From contig VGAF01000001.1 of the NCBI GenBank assembly GCA_016870855.1, positions 88 through 64,087 on the forward strand: 64,000 nucleotides of DNA, given 5' to 3'. How positions within the stretch are numbered: position 1 is the stretch's first letter; every line of letters starts with the position of its first letter. The position numbers and the translations under genes are program-made. The stretch is from Actinomycetota bacterium (lineage in GTDB: Bacteria; Actinomycetota; Actinomycetes; Nanopelagicales; Nanopelagicaceae). Under the pieces are notes generated by a model. It had not been told where the DNA came from and did not search any database. It saw only the letters and a list, made by a program, of their open reading frames with translations. Of this stretch, positions 16,895 to 26,908 are shown piece by piece.

Positions 16895-17566
16895 CTAGTT
16901 AGCTAGCGCCCTTCGAACTAAGAGAAACTCAGCGCTATTTATCGCTTCAATCAAGTCTGGTACTTCGATATCTGGAACAAGGAGTGAAATTCCAATTCGC
17001 CCGCCAAGATCTCGTGAAGCAGCATCGATACTATCTATGGCCACCGCGCTTAAAATCAATCGACTTTGATTTCGAGAATCTCCCATAATCTCCATACTTC
17101 GATTGGGGATTCCATAAACATCCACGATTGCTCCGCTTCGAAGCTCGAGAGGTGCCCACTCTCTTGGTATTGAGATCGGGACTATTTGAAGGTTAGGACT
17201 CGCCTCACTTGAGATTGCAAAACTTGGAATTAATTCAGCTGCGCCAATAGAGCGTAAAACAGCAGCCCCCGTAATTGAGTTGTTAGAACTTAGGTATTGC
17301 TCCGGGTTATCTAACAGGCGGACCCGAACTTTGGTGAGATCTGTGTCGGTGAGTACTTCACCCGGGGCAAGATCGACAGTTGCTGCCCAGACCATGATGG
17401 TTTTATCACTTGCTTTACTAATCAGATAAGCAGAAGTAAAAGAGGCCAGAATCAAGATCAGCCCAAGAATGTATCGAGGCGTTAGATAGAGAGAGATTTC
17501 ATTTCGCTTTGAATTCACTGGCCTTGGATAGTGGATTGCGATGCAATCGAAATTTCTTATCCACAA
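16895..17566 (-). CDS. SAF-domain (CpaB-like) membrane-anchored protein
   Basis: N-terminal TM ILGLILILASFTSAYLI, then VWAATVDLAPGEVLTDTDL typical of a SAF domain. The start codon is uncertain (GTG at 17566 or downstream). Confidence 0.6.
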   Translation of the reverse strand: MWIRNFDCIAIHYPRPVNSKRNEISLYLTPRYILGLILILASFTSAYLISKASDKTIMVWAATVDLAPGEVLTDTDLTKVRVRLLDNPEQYLSSNNSITGAAVLRSIGAAELIPSFAISSEASPNLQIVPISIPREWAPLELRSGAIVDVYGIPNRSMEIMGDSRNQSRLILSAVAIDSIDAASRDLGGRIGISLLVPDIEVPDLIEAINSAEFLLVRRALAN

Positions 17567-17641
17567 CTCATTAAGGGCAGCGCCTCAATCTCATCCTTTC
17601 GGTGGAGGAATTGCCCTTAGCGAAGCGGAATCCTGCGCCGG

Positions 17642-18103
17642 ATGAGAGAGAAACCGGTAGCGATTTCAGTTGGCTTTGATTTCTACGATGGACCGTTTCA
17701 GACAGAAATAACTAGCTCCTCCAAGCTCTATCTAGTCCCCACAACACATGGTGAGAATTTTGATCCAGATTTCTCACCCGTACCTACAAAGATTTCAGAG
17801 TTACCCGATGGCGATAGATGGACCCGGGCTTACATAATTAGCGCGATAGAGATTCTCGCCGGCCATCGTCCGGCAGTACAAATTTCAAGAAATACCCATC
17901 GCTTTATCTACAACAATCTAGTTAAACGCGCCGGCTCCCTTAGCGAGCTTCCCAAGATAAGAAAGATCCATCGCAATCAACCGATAGAGGGCGTTATTGA
18001 AGTAACTGCAACGCTCGCTTTTAGAGCTCGAGTAAGAGCCCTGATTGCAAGGTTTGAGGGAGTAGATGGAAAGTGGCTCTGTACTGAGTTTGAATTAATC
18101 TGA
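17642..18103 (+). CDS. Rv3235-family protein (DUF6459-like)
   Basis: The motif [16 protein letters not shown] and the secA-adjacent position fit this family. The 3' end overlaps the secA 3' end by 9 nt. Confidence 0.55.
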   Translation: MREKPVAISVGFDFYDGPFQTEITSSSKLYLVPTTHGENFDPDFSPVPTKISELPDGDRWTRAYIISAIEILAGHRPAVQISRNTHRFIYNNLVKRAGSLSELPKIRKIHRNQPIEGVIEVTATLAFRARVRALIARFEGVDGKWLCTEFELI

Positions 18104-20773
18104 TTCGCCGTGGCAACGTTTGTATTTCTTACCTGAGCCACAAGGACATGGTGCGTTTCGAGAAACGCCAGAGTTTGTAGTTGCCTTCTCGGTAGCTCCA
18201 GTCTCAGAAGGAGCGCTATAGCTAAGATTTTCTTGGCGCTTTGATTCAGCCACACCCTTAGCCTCAACTTTTGAATCTTCCACCTTTACTTCGACATTAA
18301 ATAGGAAGCCAACTACCTCTTCCTTCATCGCTTCAATCATGGCCGAGAAGAGGTCGTAACCTTCTTTTTGGTATTCAACTAGTGGATCGCGTTGCGCCAT
18401 AGCGCGCAGGCCAATGCCTTCTTGGAGGTAATCCATCTCGTAGAGATGTTCACGCCACTTACGATCAAGAACAGAGAGAAGAATCTTTCGTTCAAGTTCG
18501 CGAAGAACTTCGCTTCCTAACTTCTCTTCTCGAGCATCATAAGCCTTGAAAATGTCTTCGGTTATCTTGAAGGCAAGGAACTCTTGATCAAGTCCAGTTC
18601 TACCACCGACTTCATTCTCTAGCTCTTGAACTGTGAATGAGATTGGATAAATCGCTTTAAGAACGGTCCAGAGTTTCTCTAGATCCCACTCTTCTGGATA
18701 TCCCTCTGCGGTTGCAGCCATTACATAGCCACGAATGGTGTCCTCGGTGAACTTAGCAACCTGTTCCTTAATGTCTGCACCCTCTAGTACTTCTCGACGT
18801 TCTGCGTAAATCACTTCGCGTTGACGGTTCATAACATCGTCATACTTCAAGACATTCTTACGCATCTCAAAGTTCTGGGATTCAACTTGGGTTTGGGCGG
18901 ACTTAATGGCATTTGTGACCATCTTTGATTCAATCGGCGTATCTTCTGGGATTCCCGCAGCGGTTAAGAATCGCTCAACTAACCCGGAATTAAACCGGCG
19001 CATAAGGTCATCTTGAAGGGATAAATAGAAGCGCGATTCTCCGGGATCGCCTTGGCGACCGGAGCGGCCACGAAGCTGGTTATCAATGCGCCGTGATTCA
19101 TGGCGTTCGGTTCCGAGTACAAAAAGTCCACCCAGCGCCACGACTTTTTCATGTTCCTGAGCGACAGCTTCTTTCTCTTTCTTCAATTGTTCCGGCCAAC
19201 GACGCTCGTACTCTTCGCCATTTTCAACTGGCGAGATGCCATCGCGTTGTAGTTCGAAATCAGCCATAAATTCTGGGTTACCGCCGAGCATGATGTCGGT
19301 ACCGCGACCTGCCATATTTGTTGCAACTGTGACTGCGCCAATTGTTCCGGCGCGAGCAATGATTGCGGCCTCACGTTCATGTTGCTTAGCATTCAAAACT
19401 TCATGCGCAACACCGCGTCGACGCAAGACTTGGGAGAGATATTCTGATTTCTCAACGCTTACCGTTCCCACAAGAACTGGTTGGCCCTTGCGATGGCGCT
19501 CGGTGATGTCATTAGCGACCGCTTCGTACTTGGCTACTTCAGTCTTATAAATAAGGTCGGATTGATCGATACGTTGCATTGACTTATTGGTCGGAATTGG
19601 GATTACGCCGAGCTTATAGATCTGCATGAATTCAGCGGCCTCAGTCATGGCGGTACCGGTCATGCCGGAGAGCTTGTCGTACATGCGGAAGTAGTTCTGG
19701 AGAGTAATTGTGGCGAGAGTCTGGTTCTCATCTTTTATCTCAACGCGCTCTTTTGCTTCGAGAGCCTGGTGAAGGCCTTCGCTATAGCGACGGCCAGCCA
19801 AAACTCTTCCAGTATGTTCATCAACGATCAACAGCTCACCACTCATAATCACATAATCTTTATCGCGCTTGAAAAGCTCCTTCGCCTTCAAAGCATTATT
19901 TAGATAGCCAATAAGCGGGGTATTAACCGATTCATAAAGGTTTTCGATCTTTAAGAGCTCTTCAACTTTTGCAACGCCAGCATCAACGATTCCCACGGTC
20001 CGCTTCTTCTCATCTACTTCATAATGCTCACCGCGGTTTAGCCTTGTGGCAACGTTGGCAAATTCGACATACCACTTCGTAGCCTTATCGGCCGGACCAC
20101 TAATAATCAGCGGGGTACGTGCTTCATCGATGAGGATCGAGTCCACTTCATCGACAATGGCAAAGTTATGACCACGTTGTACGCAATCATTTAGCGACCA
20201 TGCCATGTTGTCGCGGAGATAATCAAAACCAAATTCATTATTTGTTCCATAGGTAATGTCTGCTAAATAGTTTTCGCGGCGCTCTTGTGGGGTCATCGAT
20301 GCAAGAATGACGCCGACTTTTAGTCCTAGGAATCTATGGATACGACCCATCCACTCGCTATCGCGCTCTGCTAGATAATCATTTGTGGTAACGATATGAA
20401 CGCCCAAGCCGGTTAGCGCATTCAAATATGAAGGAAGGGTTGCAACAAGAGTCTTTCCTTCACCAGTTCTCATTTCCGCGATATTTCCGCGGTGCAGCGC
20501 AGCGCCACCCATTAGCTGGACGTCGTAATGGCGTTGTCCAAGAGTTCGCTTAGATGCCTCTCTAACAACAGCGAAAGCTTCAGGAAGTAAGTCATCCAAG
20601 TACTCGCCATCGGCATAGCGCTTCTTAAACTCTTCGGTCATGCCGCGCAGTTCTTGATCGGACATGCTGGCAAATCGAGATTCTTGAGCGTTTACCAATA
20701 CAACTAATTTCTCTAGTTGCTTTAACGCTCTTCCTTCGCCGGCGCGCAGGATCTTGTCGAGAATCTTTGCCAC
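18095..20773 (-). CDS. secA: preprotein translocase ATPase SecA
   Basis: Walker [39 protein letters not shown], and C-terminal SEC-C zinc motif [14 protein letters not shown]. 892 aa. Confidence 0.97.
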   Translation of the reverse strand: MAKILDKILRAGEGRALKQLEKLVVLVNAQESRFASMSDQELRGMTEEFKKRYADGEYLDDLLPEAFAVVREASKRTLGQRHYDVQLMGGAALHRGNIAEMRTGEGKTLVATLPSYLNALTGLGVHIVTTNDYLAERDSEWMGRIHRFLGLKVGVILASMTPQERRENYLADITYGTNNEFGFDYLRDNMAWSLNDCVQRGHNFAIVDEVDSILIDEARTPLIISGPADKATKWYVEFANVATRLNRGEHYEVDEKKRTVGIVDAGVAKVEELLKIENLYESVNTPLIGYLNNALKAKELFKRDKDYVIMSGELLIVDEHTGRVLAGRRYSEGLHQALEAKERVEIKDENQTLATITLQNYFRMYDKLSGMTGTAMTEAAEFMQIYKLGVIPIPTNKSMQRIDQSDLIYKTEVAKYEAVANDITERHRKGQPVLVGTVSVEKSEYLSQVLRRRGVAHEVLNAKQHEREAAIIARAGTIGAVTVATNMAGRGTDIMLGGNPEFMADFELQRDGISPVENGEEYERRWPEQLKKEKEAVAQEHEKVVALGGLFVLGTERHESRRIDNQLRGRSGRQGDPGESRFYLSLQDDLMRRFNSGLVERFLTAAGIPEDTPIESKMVTNAIKSAQTQVESQNFEMRKNVLKYDDVMNRQREVIYAERREVLEGADIKEQVAKFTEDTIRGYVMAATAEGYPEEWDLEKLWTVLKAIYPISFTVQELENEVGGRTGLDQEFLAFKITEDIFKAYDAREEKLGSEVLRELERKILLSVLDRKWREHLYEMDYLQEGIGLRAMAQRDPLVEYQKEGYDLFSAMIEAMKEEVVGFLFNVEVKVEDSKVEAKGVAESKRQENLSYSAPSETGATEKATTNSGVSRNAPCPCGSGKKYKRCHGESD

Positions 20774-20821
20774 GGACCAACCTTCCCCAGTTTAGAGAAT
20801 CTAAAGGCGTCGAATAGAGGG

Positions 20822-21514
20822 CTATCGTATTAGGAGTCTTCGCTGTGAGGCACACGCGGTGGCCGCCCCCAAGACTGTCAGATTCCTCTCTTTCAGCGCC
20901 CGAACCGCCTCTCGTAAGGTGCTTCCGGTGGTGATTACATCATCGATGATGATTATCGGAGCAGTGGAGTTAAGACGCTTAACTACTTGAAATGCGCCAA
21001 GGAGATTCTCGTGGCGCTGAAGTTCCGTTAAGCCGGATTGATCTACGACTCGTTTAGTGATGGAAAGTATCGGGCGAGCAAAAAACCTAATCGATTCGTT
21101 ATCCGCATTTAATTCCTTAGCTGCGATGTTGGTAACTTGGGAGATGAAATCAAAGCCGCGTCTAGCACGGGCCTTTCGAGATGAAGGAATAGGAACTAGG
21201 TTTATTTTGCTTATCCATTTAGATTCTCTAGTTAGAACTCTTATTGCGCCGCATAATTCTGTAACGACTAAGTCACGAGTGAACTTCACGCCATTCTCTT
21301 TCGCTGATAAGACAATCGTTCTTGCAGTTTCGCTATAAGGAACACTCGCACAGACCGGAAACCTCTCACCGCCTATCAGCCGTGGGTTACTTCGCCAATC
21401 CGCTCGACAACGCGTGCAGAACTCAGACTCAATAGAGCCACAGATGATGCAGGAACTATCGAAGGCGAGCGATTCAAGACCAGCGCGGATTGAGTCTAGA
21501 TATTTAAGAAGCAC
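20822..21514 (-). CDS. ComF-family phosphoribosyltransferase
   Basis: N-terminal Cys cluster CIICG...CTRC and PRT motif IIIIDDVITTGSTLREA. Position is as for Rv3242c. Confidence 0.8.
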   Translation of the reverse strand: MLLKYLDSIRAGLESLAFDSSCIICGSIESEFCTRCRADWRSNPRLIGGERFPVCASVPYSETARTIVLSAKENGVKFTRDLVVTELCGAIRVLTRESKWISKINLVPIPSSRKARARRGFDFISQVTNIAAKELNADNESIRFFARPILSITKRVVDQSGLTELQRHENLLGAFQVVKRLNSTAPIIIIDDVITTGSTLREAVRALKERNLTVLGAATACASQRRLLIR

Positions 21515-21550
21515 CCAAAGATTCTCTAGGAATCCTAAGTTCGAAAGGTT

Positions 21551-23101
21551 TTAAAGGTTAACTTCTGTGGGAATCTCAACTATCGTTGATGACTCAATCC
21601 GGTGCCCCGATTTCTTGGGAAGCGTGAGAACAAAGTGAGCGCCTTTTCCTAGCTCGCCCCAAACTCGGATTTCGCCACCATGGAGGTTTGCATCTTCCTT
21701 TGCAATCGAAAGCCCAAGACCGGTCCCACCTCGTATGCGAGAGCGGGATGGATCAGCACGCCAGAACCGATCGAATACTCGACTCCAGTACTGGCTAGAT
21801 AACCCAACTCCGTAATCACGTACCCCAACAGAGATAGCGCTCTCATTCTCAGCGATAGTTACATCGACCGGGCGTGATTCTGAGTGATCAATCGCATTAG
21901 TTATCAAATTACGAATTATTCGTTCAATTCTCCTTGGGTCAGCTTCTACAAACACTGGAGCCTGAAAGCCATTAAGCCTGAGGGTCGTACCTTTCTCTTC
22001 GGCAAGTATAGAAAGATCTTCAGCACTTCTTCTAACTAGGTTAGCAATATCAATTCGATCCAATGAGAGAACTGCTGCTTCAGCATCAAAACGACTTACC
22101 TCTAGTAGGTCTTGAAGCAAGAGCTCAAATTTATCAATCTGGGAGAGAAGTAATTCGGCGCTTCGAGCAACCGTCGGATCAAAATTAGAGCGCGCGGCGT
22201 GAATAACGTCAGATGCCATCCGGATAGTTGTTAAAGGAGTTCTAAGTTCGTGCGAGACATCGGAGACGAATCGCTGTTGCACTCTCGATAAATTCTCTAA
22301 TCGAGCAATCTGCTCGGCCAAGGTAGTGGCCATCTGGTTGAACGCCACACCTAATCGTGCAATTTCATCCTCACCTTTTACATTCATTCGATTCTTCAAA
22401 TCCCCGGTCGTGAGAGATTCAGCGATTTCAGCTGCGACTTGGACCGGCCTAATAACCATACGGAGCACGACCGAGGCGGTTAGGAGGATTAAGGCAAGGA
22501 GAAGAAAGCCAGTTACCCATAGGGAGCGCCCGATGAGATCTATATTTCGCTGTTGCGCTAGAAAGTCGTAAGCAACATACATCTCGTACTTTCCAGCCCT
22601 AGGTATCTCAAAAGTTCTTCCCACGAAAATGCCCGGGATTACTTTTCCATTTACATATCTCAATTCCCCACGTTGCCAATCTAAATCTGAGGATTCGCGA
22701 ATCTTCTTGCGTAGCGCTTCGGGGACTGATTCGGGTTCTAGGAAGTTTGAGGTGCTAACCGAAGGGATTGATTGAGCTTTCACACCTCGCGCATTTAAAA
22801 GTATTACTTCACGACCTGACTCTTGAACGCTCACATTCGCAGATTTCACAACCTCTTCGGTTAGAGCGCGGTAGTCAGCCTTTGGGTTTAGACCAGCAAT
22901 GGTGAATCGATACTCAGCATATTGAATTGCAGCTCTACCCTCAGAGATTGCAGAAGCGATTTTCTCGTCAAAGATTCCACCGGTTATTCGTCCATAAAGA
23001 TTAGATCCAACTAAGTAAATCAAGGCCATTGAGATAACGGCGGTGAGTGAGAAGACCTTAAGAAAGAGCGAACGACGAAAGAGATTTAGTACACGACGCA
23101 T
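21551..23101 (-). CDS. mtrB: sensor histidine kinase MtrB
   Basis: Two TM segments, a HAMP domain, H-box SHELRTPLTT, and N/G boxes. Its start shares 1 nt with the mtrA stop (TAATG). Confidence 0.9.
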   Translation of the reverse strand: MRRVLNLFRRSLFLKVFSLTAVISMALIYLVGSNLYGRITGGIFDEKIASAISEGRAAIQYAEYRFTIAGLNPKADYRALTEEVVKSANVSVQESGREVILLNARGVKAQSIPSVSTSNFLEPESVPEALRKKIRESSDLDWQRGELRYVNGKVIPGIFVGRTFEIPRAGKYEMYVAYDFLAQQRNIDLIGRSLWVTGFLLLALILLTASVVLRMVIRPVQVAAEIAESLTTGDLKNRMNVKGEDEIARLGVAFNQMATTLAEQIARLENLSRVQQRFVSDVSHELRTPLTTIRMASDVIHAARSNFDPTVARSAELLLSQIDKFELLLQDLLEVSRFDAEAAVLSLDRIDIANLVRRSAEDLSILAEEKGTTLRLNGFQAPVFVEADPRRIERIIRNLITNAIDHSESRPVDVTIAENESAISVGVRDYGVGLSSQYWSRVFDRFWRADPSRSRIRGGTGLGLSIAKEDANLHGGEIRVWGELGKGAHFVLTLPKKSGHRIESSTIVEIPTEVNL

Positions 23102-23790
23102 TAGGAGCGCGTGCCAGAACCGCCCGCTTTATAACCGACTCCGCGGACTGTAGAGATGATGGTTGGGTTTTCTGGATCATGTTCGATCTTGGCGCGCAAT
23201 CTTTGGATATGAACATTTACCAAGCGAGTATCAGTGGAGTGGCGATAGCCCCAGACTTCGCCGAGTAAGGCTTCGCGGGTAAAGACTCGACCAGGTTCTT
23301 TAGCAAGTGCAACTAAGAGATCAAACTCCAGGCGAGTAAGTGGAATCTCTTTTCCACCACGAGCGACAGTATGTTCGACGATATCAATCGCTAAATCACC
23401 GATGGTAAGAGTTCCATTTGTGTCGCCACTTACCCTACGAAGGCGAGTACGGATACGAGCTACTAATTCGGAGGGCTTGAAGGGTTTGACCATGTAATCA
23501 TCAGCGCCTGCTTCCAGGCCTTTAACGATGTCGTGGGTATCGCTCTTTGCGGTAAGCATCACGATTGGGACTCGAGTGGATTGTTTTCTTATCTCGCGAC
23601 AAACTTCAATTCCATCTGTACCTGGCAACATGATGTCTAAGAGAACTAAATCAGGTTGGGAGTTCTTAAATACTTCTACCGCTTCATCGCCACGACTTAC
23701 AAGATCGACTTCCATGCCAACGCCATTGAGGACGATCCCAAGCATTTCTGCGAGGTCTTGATCGTCATCAACGACCATGATTGAAGTCAT
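23101..23790 (-). CDS. mtrA: OmpR-family response regulator MtrA
   Basis: LVLLDIMLPG, VMLTAKSDT, KPFKPSELVARIR and TRLVNVHIQRLRAKIEHDPENPT..TVRGVGYKAG are near-identical in pattern to MtrA. Confidence 0.93.
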   Translation of the reverse strand: MTSIMVVDDDQDLAEMLGIVLNGVGMEVDLVSRGDEAVEVFKNSQPDLVLLDIMLPGTDGIEVCREIRKQSTRVPIVMLTAKSDTHDIVKGLEAGADDYMVKPFKPSELVARIRTRLRRVSGDTNGTLTIGDLAIDIVEHTVARGGKEIPLTRLEFDLLVALAKEPGRVFTREALLGEVWGYRHSTDTRLVNVHIQRLRAKIEHDPENPTIISTVRGVGYKAGGSGTRS

Positions 23791-25055
23791 TAGCTACCGT
23801 GCTCCCAGGAGTTCAAGTAATCCTCTTGCAATGGAGTCAAAGTATCGATCTTGGCACCCATGCTCTTCAACTTAAGGCTAGCGATCTCTTTATCGATTGC
23901 TCTCGGCACTTCATAAACTCCTGGAGCCAACTTTGCAGCTTCCTTAAGAAGCCACTCAGCCGCTAGCGCCTGGTTTGCGAAAGACATATCAAGGACTGCG
24001 GCGGGACTACCTTCAGCAGCGCCAAGATTTACAAGTCGGCCTTCAGCAATCAAGAGAATTCGATTTCCATTTGCGATCTGGTATTCATCGGTCGCATGGC
24101 GAATTCGAGAGCTTTTCTTGGTGTTTGCCTCTAGCCATTCCACATCAATTTCAATGTTGAAGTGGCCCGCGTTAGCCATGATGGCGCCATCCTTCATCAA
24201 CTCAAAGTGCTCTTTAGACAAGATGGTCCGATTTCCAGTAACGGTAATAAATATGTCACCGATCTTTGCCGCTTCTTTCATCGGCATAACGCGAAAGCCC
24301 TGCATCAAAGCATCAAGGGCCTTTGTTGGATCTACTTCAGTGATAACTACATCTGCGCCAAGTCCGCGTGCGCGATCTGCGACGCCTTTGCCGCAATAAC
24401 CAAAACCGGCGACGACAAAGACTTTTCCAGCAATGAGCTGGTTTGTGGCCCGGAAGATTGCATCCATGGTGGATTGGCCGGTTCCATAACGATTATCAAA
24501 CATATGCTTGGTATCGGTGTCATTAACCGCGATCATCGGGAACCTCAAAGCGCCATCTTTAGCCATCTGGGAGAGGCGAATAACTCCAGTTGTGGTCTCT
24601 TCGCAACCAGCGGTGACATTTGGGAGTAACTCAGTACGAGTTGTATGTAGCGTGTTCACTAAATCGCAACCATCATCAAAGACTTGGTGCGGGCCAATAT
24701 CAAGGCAGGCGTTGATGTGGCGGTAGTAACCATCGCGATCAATACCTTTTTTAGCAAATACGCTAATTCCGAAATCATGAACAAGTGAGGCGACTACATC
24801 ATCTTGGGTTGAAAGTGGATTAGAGGCACAGAGCGAAAGTTCAGCGCCACCGGCTTTAAGGGCGCGAATCAAGTTCGCAGTCTCGGTAGTGACATGCATA
24901 CAAGCAGAGAAGCGGACTCCGACAAATGGTTTTTCCTTAGCTAGTCGTTCCCGAATCTGGGCGAGCACCGGCATATTACGGTCGGCCCATTCAATCCGCT
25001 TCTTTCCTTCGGCAGCTAGCGAAACATCTGCGATGTCATGTGCAGGTAGGGCCAC
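23790..25055 (-). CDS. ahcY: adenosylhomocysteinase (short, insertion-less form, 421 aa)
   Basis: HVTTETANLI, CASNPLSTQD, NAD fold VVAGFGYCGKGVA, NAGHFNIEID, EGRLVNLG. The stop shares 1 nt with the mtrA start. Confidence 0.9.
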   Translation of the reverse strand: MALPAHDIADVSLAAEGKKRIEWADRNMPVLAQIRERLAKEKPFVGVRFSACMHVTTETANLIRALKAGGAELSLCASNPLSTQDDVVASLVHDFGISVFAKKGIDRDGYYRHINACLDIGPHQVFDDGCDLVNTLHTTRTELLPNVTAGCEETTTGVIRLSQMAKDGALRFPMIAVNDTDTKHMFDNRYGTGQSTMDAIFRATNQLIAGKVFVVAGFGYCGKGVADRARGLGADVVITEVDPTKALDALMQGFRVMPMKEAAKIGDIFITVTGNRTILSKEHFELMKDGAIMANAGHFNIEIDVEWLEANTKKSSRIRHATDEYQIANGNRILLIAEGRLVNLGAAEGSPAAVLDMSFANQALAAEWLLKEAAKLAPGVYEVPRAIDKEIASLKLKSMGAKIDTLTPLQEDYLNSWEHGS

Positions 25056-25098
25056 TTGAATATCTCCTTGATTTGCTTGAGCGATGTAGAGCGCGAGT

Positions 25099-26487
25099 TT
25101 ACTGGAGATTCATCAACTCGAGAACCGAAGCCTTAATCCGCTCCATCACTTCTCGAGTATTGGCCTCTGCATTCAAGCGCAGCAGCGGCTCGGTATTGGA
25201 TGGCCTTACGTTAAACCACCAATCAGAGGCCGCCACCGTTAATCCATCTAACTCATCAAATTTGAGTGGTTCGGTTGAAGCTTGATAATGCTCTTTGATT
25301 CGCTTGATAGCACTTTGCTGATCAACGACTCTTGTATTGATCTCTCCTGATAAGAAGTAGCGGTTGTACTTCGCTAAGAGCTCTGAGAGTTTGAGATTGG
25401 AATCTAGAAGGGCTGCAATAGCATGTAGCGCTGCCAGCATCCCAGAGTCCGCCCGCCAAAAATCTTTGAAGTAGAGATGGCCAGAATGTTCGCCGCCGAA
25501 GACAGCCTTATGTTCGGCCATCAACTTCTTTATAAAAGAATGGCCAACGCGACTTCGAATCGCCTTGCCGCCATTCTCTTCAATCACATTCGGTACCGTC
25601 CTGGAACAGATTAAGTTATAGATGACTGCGGCTCCAGGGTTTTTCTTCAACTCACGTTCTGCGATGAGCGCCGTAAGTGCAGAAGGTGAAACTAACTCAC
25701 CTCTTTCATCAACCAAGAAACATCTATCAGCATCGCCGTCAAAAGCAAGGCCAATATCTGCTTTCTTCTCCAAGACTAATTTCTGAAGAGCTTTCAGATT
25801 TTCTGGCTCAATGGGATTGGCTTCGTGATTCGGAAAAGTTCCATCAAGTTCAAAGAAGATTGGATGGAGTTCAGCGCTAATTCTTGACATTACTGGTGGG
25901 ACGGTATGGCCACCCATGCCATTTCCCGCATCTATAGCAACTATCAACTCTCGACCTTGATAGCTGCGATTAAAAGCGCCTTTGGTAAAAAGTGAGAATA
26001 GAAAATCAACATAACTGGTTAATAGGTCAGATTCCCGAACCTTTCCAACGCTACGAAGTCCAAGCGGGGCGCCGTTTAAGATCTCGTTCTTGATCCAAGT
26101 TAGACCTGTTTCTTGGCTTATTGGGCGGGCACCGCTCAAGCAGAGCTTGATTCCGTTGTATTCGGCTGGGTTATGGCTTGCTGTAAACATCGCTCCGGGA
26201 AGATTTAATGAACCAGATGCAAAATAAAGTTGATCGGTAGAAGCAAGACCGATTCGCATCACATCAAAGCTCTGGGAGGTAACTCCGTCGGAAAAAGCAG
26301 TCGCTAAATCTGGCGATGAGGGGCGCATATCTTCACCAATCACAACGGTAGCTGGCTCGCGCTGAAGTTCTAGAAAGCGAGCAAAGGCAACTCCGGCAGA
26401 AAATGCAAAGTCTTCAGTTAATTCACCATCAACTAAACCGCGAATGTCATAAGCCTTGATGATTCGCTCTACAGCTTCGTTATTCAT
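25099..26487 (-). CDS. manB: phosphomannomutase/phosphoglucomutase
   Basis: Active-site TASHNPAEYNGIK, Mg loop FDGDADR. 462 aa. Position is as for Rv3257c. Confidence 0.88.
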   Translation of the reverse strand: MNNEAVERIIKAYDIRGLVDGELTEDFAFSAGVAFARFLELQREPATVVIGEDMRPSSPDLATAFSDGVTSQSFDVMRIGLASTDQLYFASGSLNLPGAMFTASHNPAEYNGIKLCLSGARPISQETGLTWIKNEILNGAPLGLRSVGKVRESDLLTSYVDFLFSLFTKGAFNRSYQGRELIVAIDAGNGMGGHTVPPVMSRISAELHPIFFELDGTFPNHEANPIEPENLKALQKLVLEKKADIGLAFDGDADRCFLVDERGELVSPSALTALIAERELKKNPGAAVIYNLICSRTVPNVIEENGGKAIRSRVGHSFIKKLMAEHKAVFGGEHSGHLYFKDFWRADSGMLAALHAIAALLDSNLKLSELLAKYNRYFLSGEINTRVVDQQSAIKRIKEHYQASTEPLKFDELDGLTVAASDWWFNVRPSNTEPLLRLNAEANTREVMERIKASVLELMNLQ

Positions 26488-26493
26488 TGACTA

Positions 26494-26865
26494 CTAGTTT
26501 TGTCTTGGAAGTACTCGCAGATGTCCACGCCGGCCGACCTCAGGTTGCGAGTTACGTGGAACCGGATCACTCTTTGCAACTTCCCGGACTGCATCAGCAA
26601 TTGACATTAGATCCTCAGCGCTGGGTTCTTCTCGAACGCCATCCTCTTCATGTCGAATAACGGTCCAGCCTCTTGGAACAGTCAATCGCTGGCTATGGGA
26701 ATCACAGAAATCAAATGAATGTGGCTCGGCATATGTTGAAAGCGGACCAAGAACAGCCGTTGAATCTGGGTAGATATAAATCAGAGTTTTAGTGGCGCTC
26801 TCGCGACAACTAGTTTTGGAGCAACGCCGACCTGTGGTGCTTGGTTTTGATCGCGGCGATGACAT
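26494..26865 (-). CDS. DUF3499 domain protein
   Basis: RRCSKTSCRESATKTLIY...FDFCDSH...PRGWTV matches the DUF3499 pattern and its conserved position next to manB. Confidence 0.7.
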   Translation of the reverse strand: MSSPRSKPSTTGRRCSKTSCRESATKTLIYIYPDSTAVLGPLSTYAEPHSFDFCDSHSQRLTVPRGWTVIRHEEDGVREEPSAEDLMSIADAVREVAKSDPVPRNSQPEVGRRGHLRVLPRQN

Positions 26866-26908
26866 GGCGCGAGATTAGTCGGCTCAACTAGGGAAATGTG
26901 GGATGTGA

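Noticed and set aside
20791-20805. AT-rich palindrome TTTAGA-GAA-TCTAAA in the secA leader
   Set aside because: It is a 6-bp AT-only stem with a 3-nt loop. It is thermodynamically weak and I have no supporting context.
25056-25098. Possible SAH riboswitch upstream of ahcY
   Set aside because: The spacer is only 43 nt, too short for the SAH element, and I see no matching pseudoknot-forming segments.
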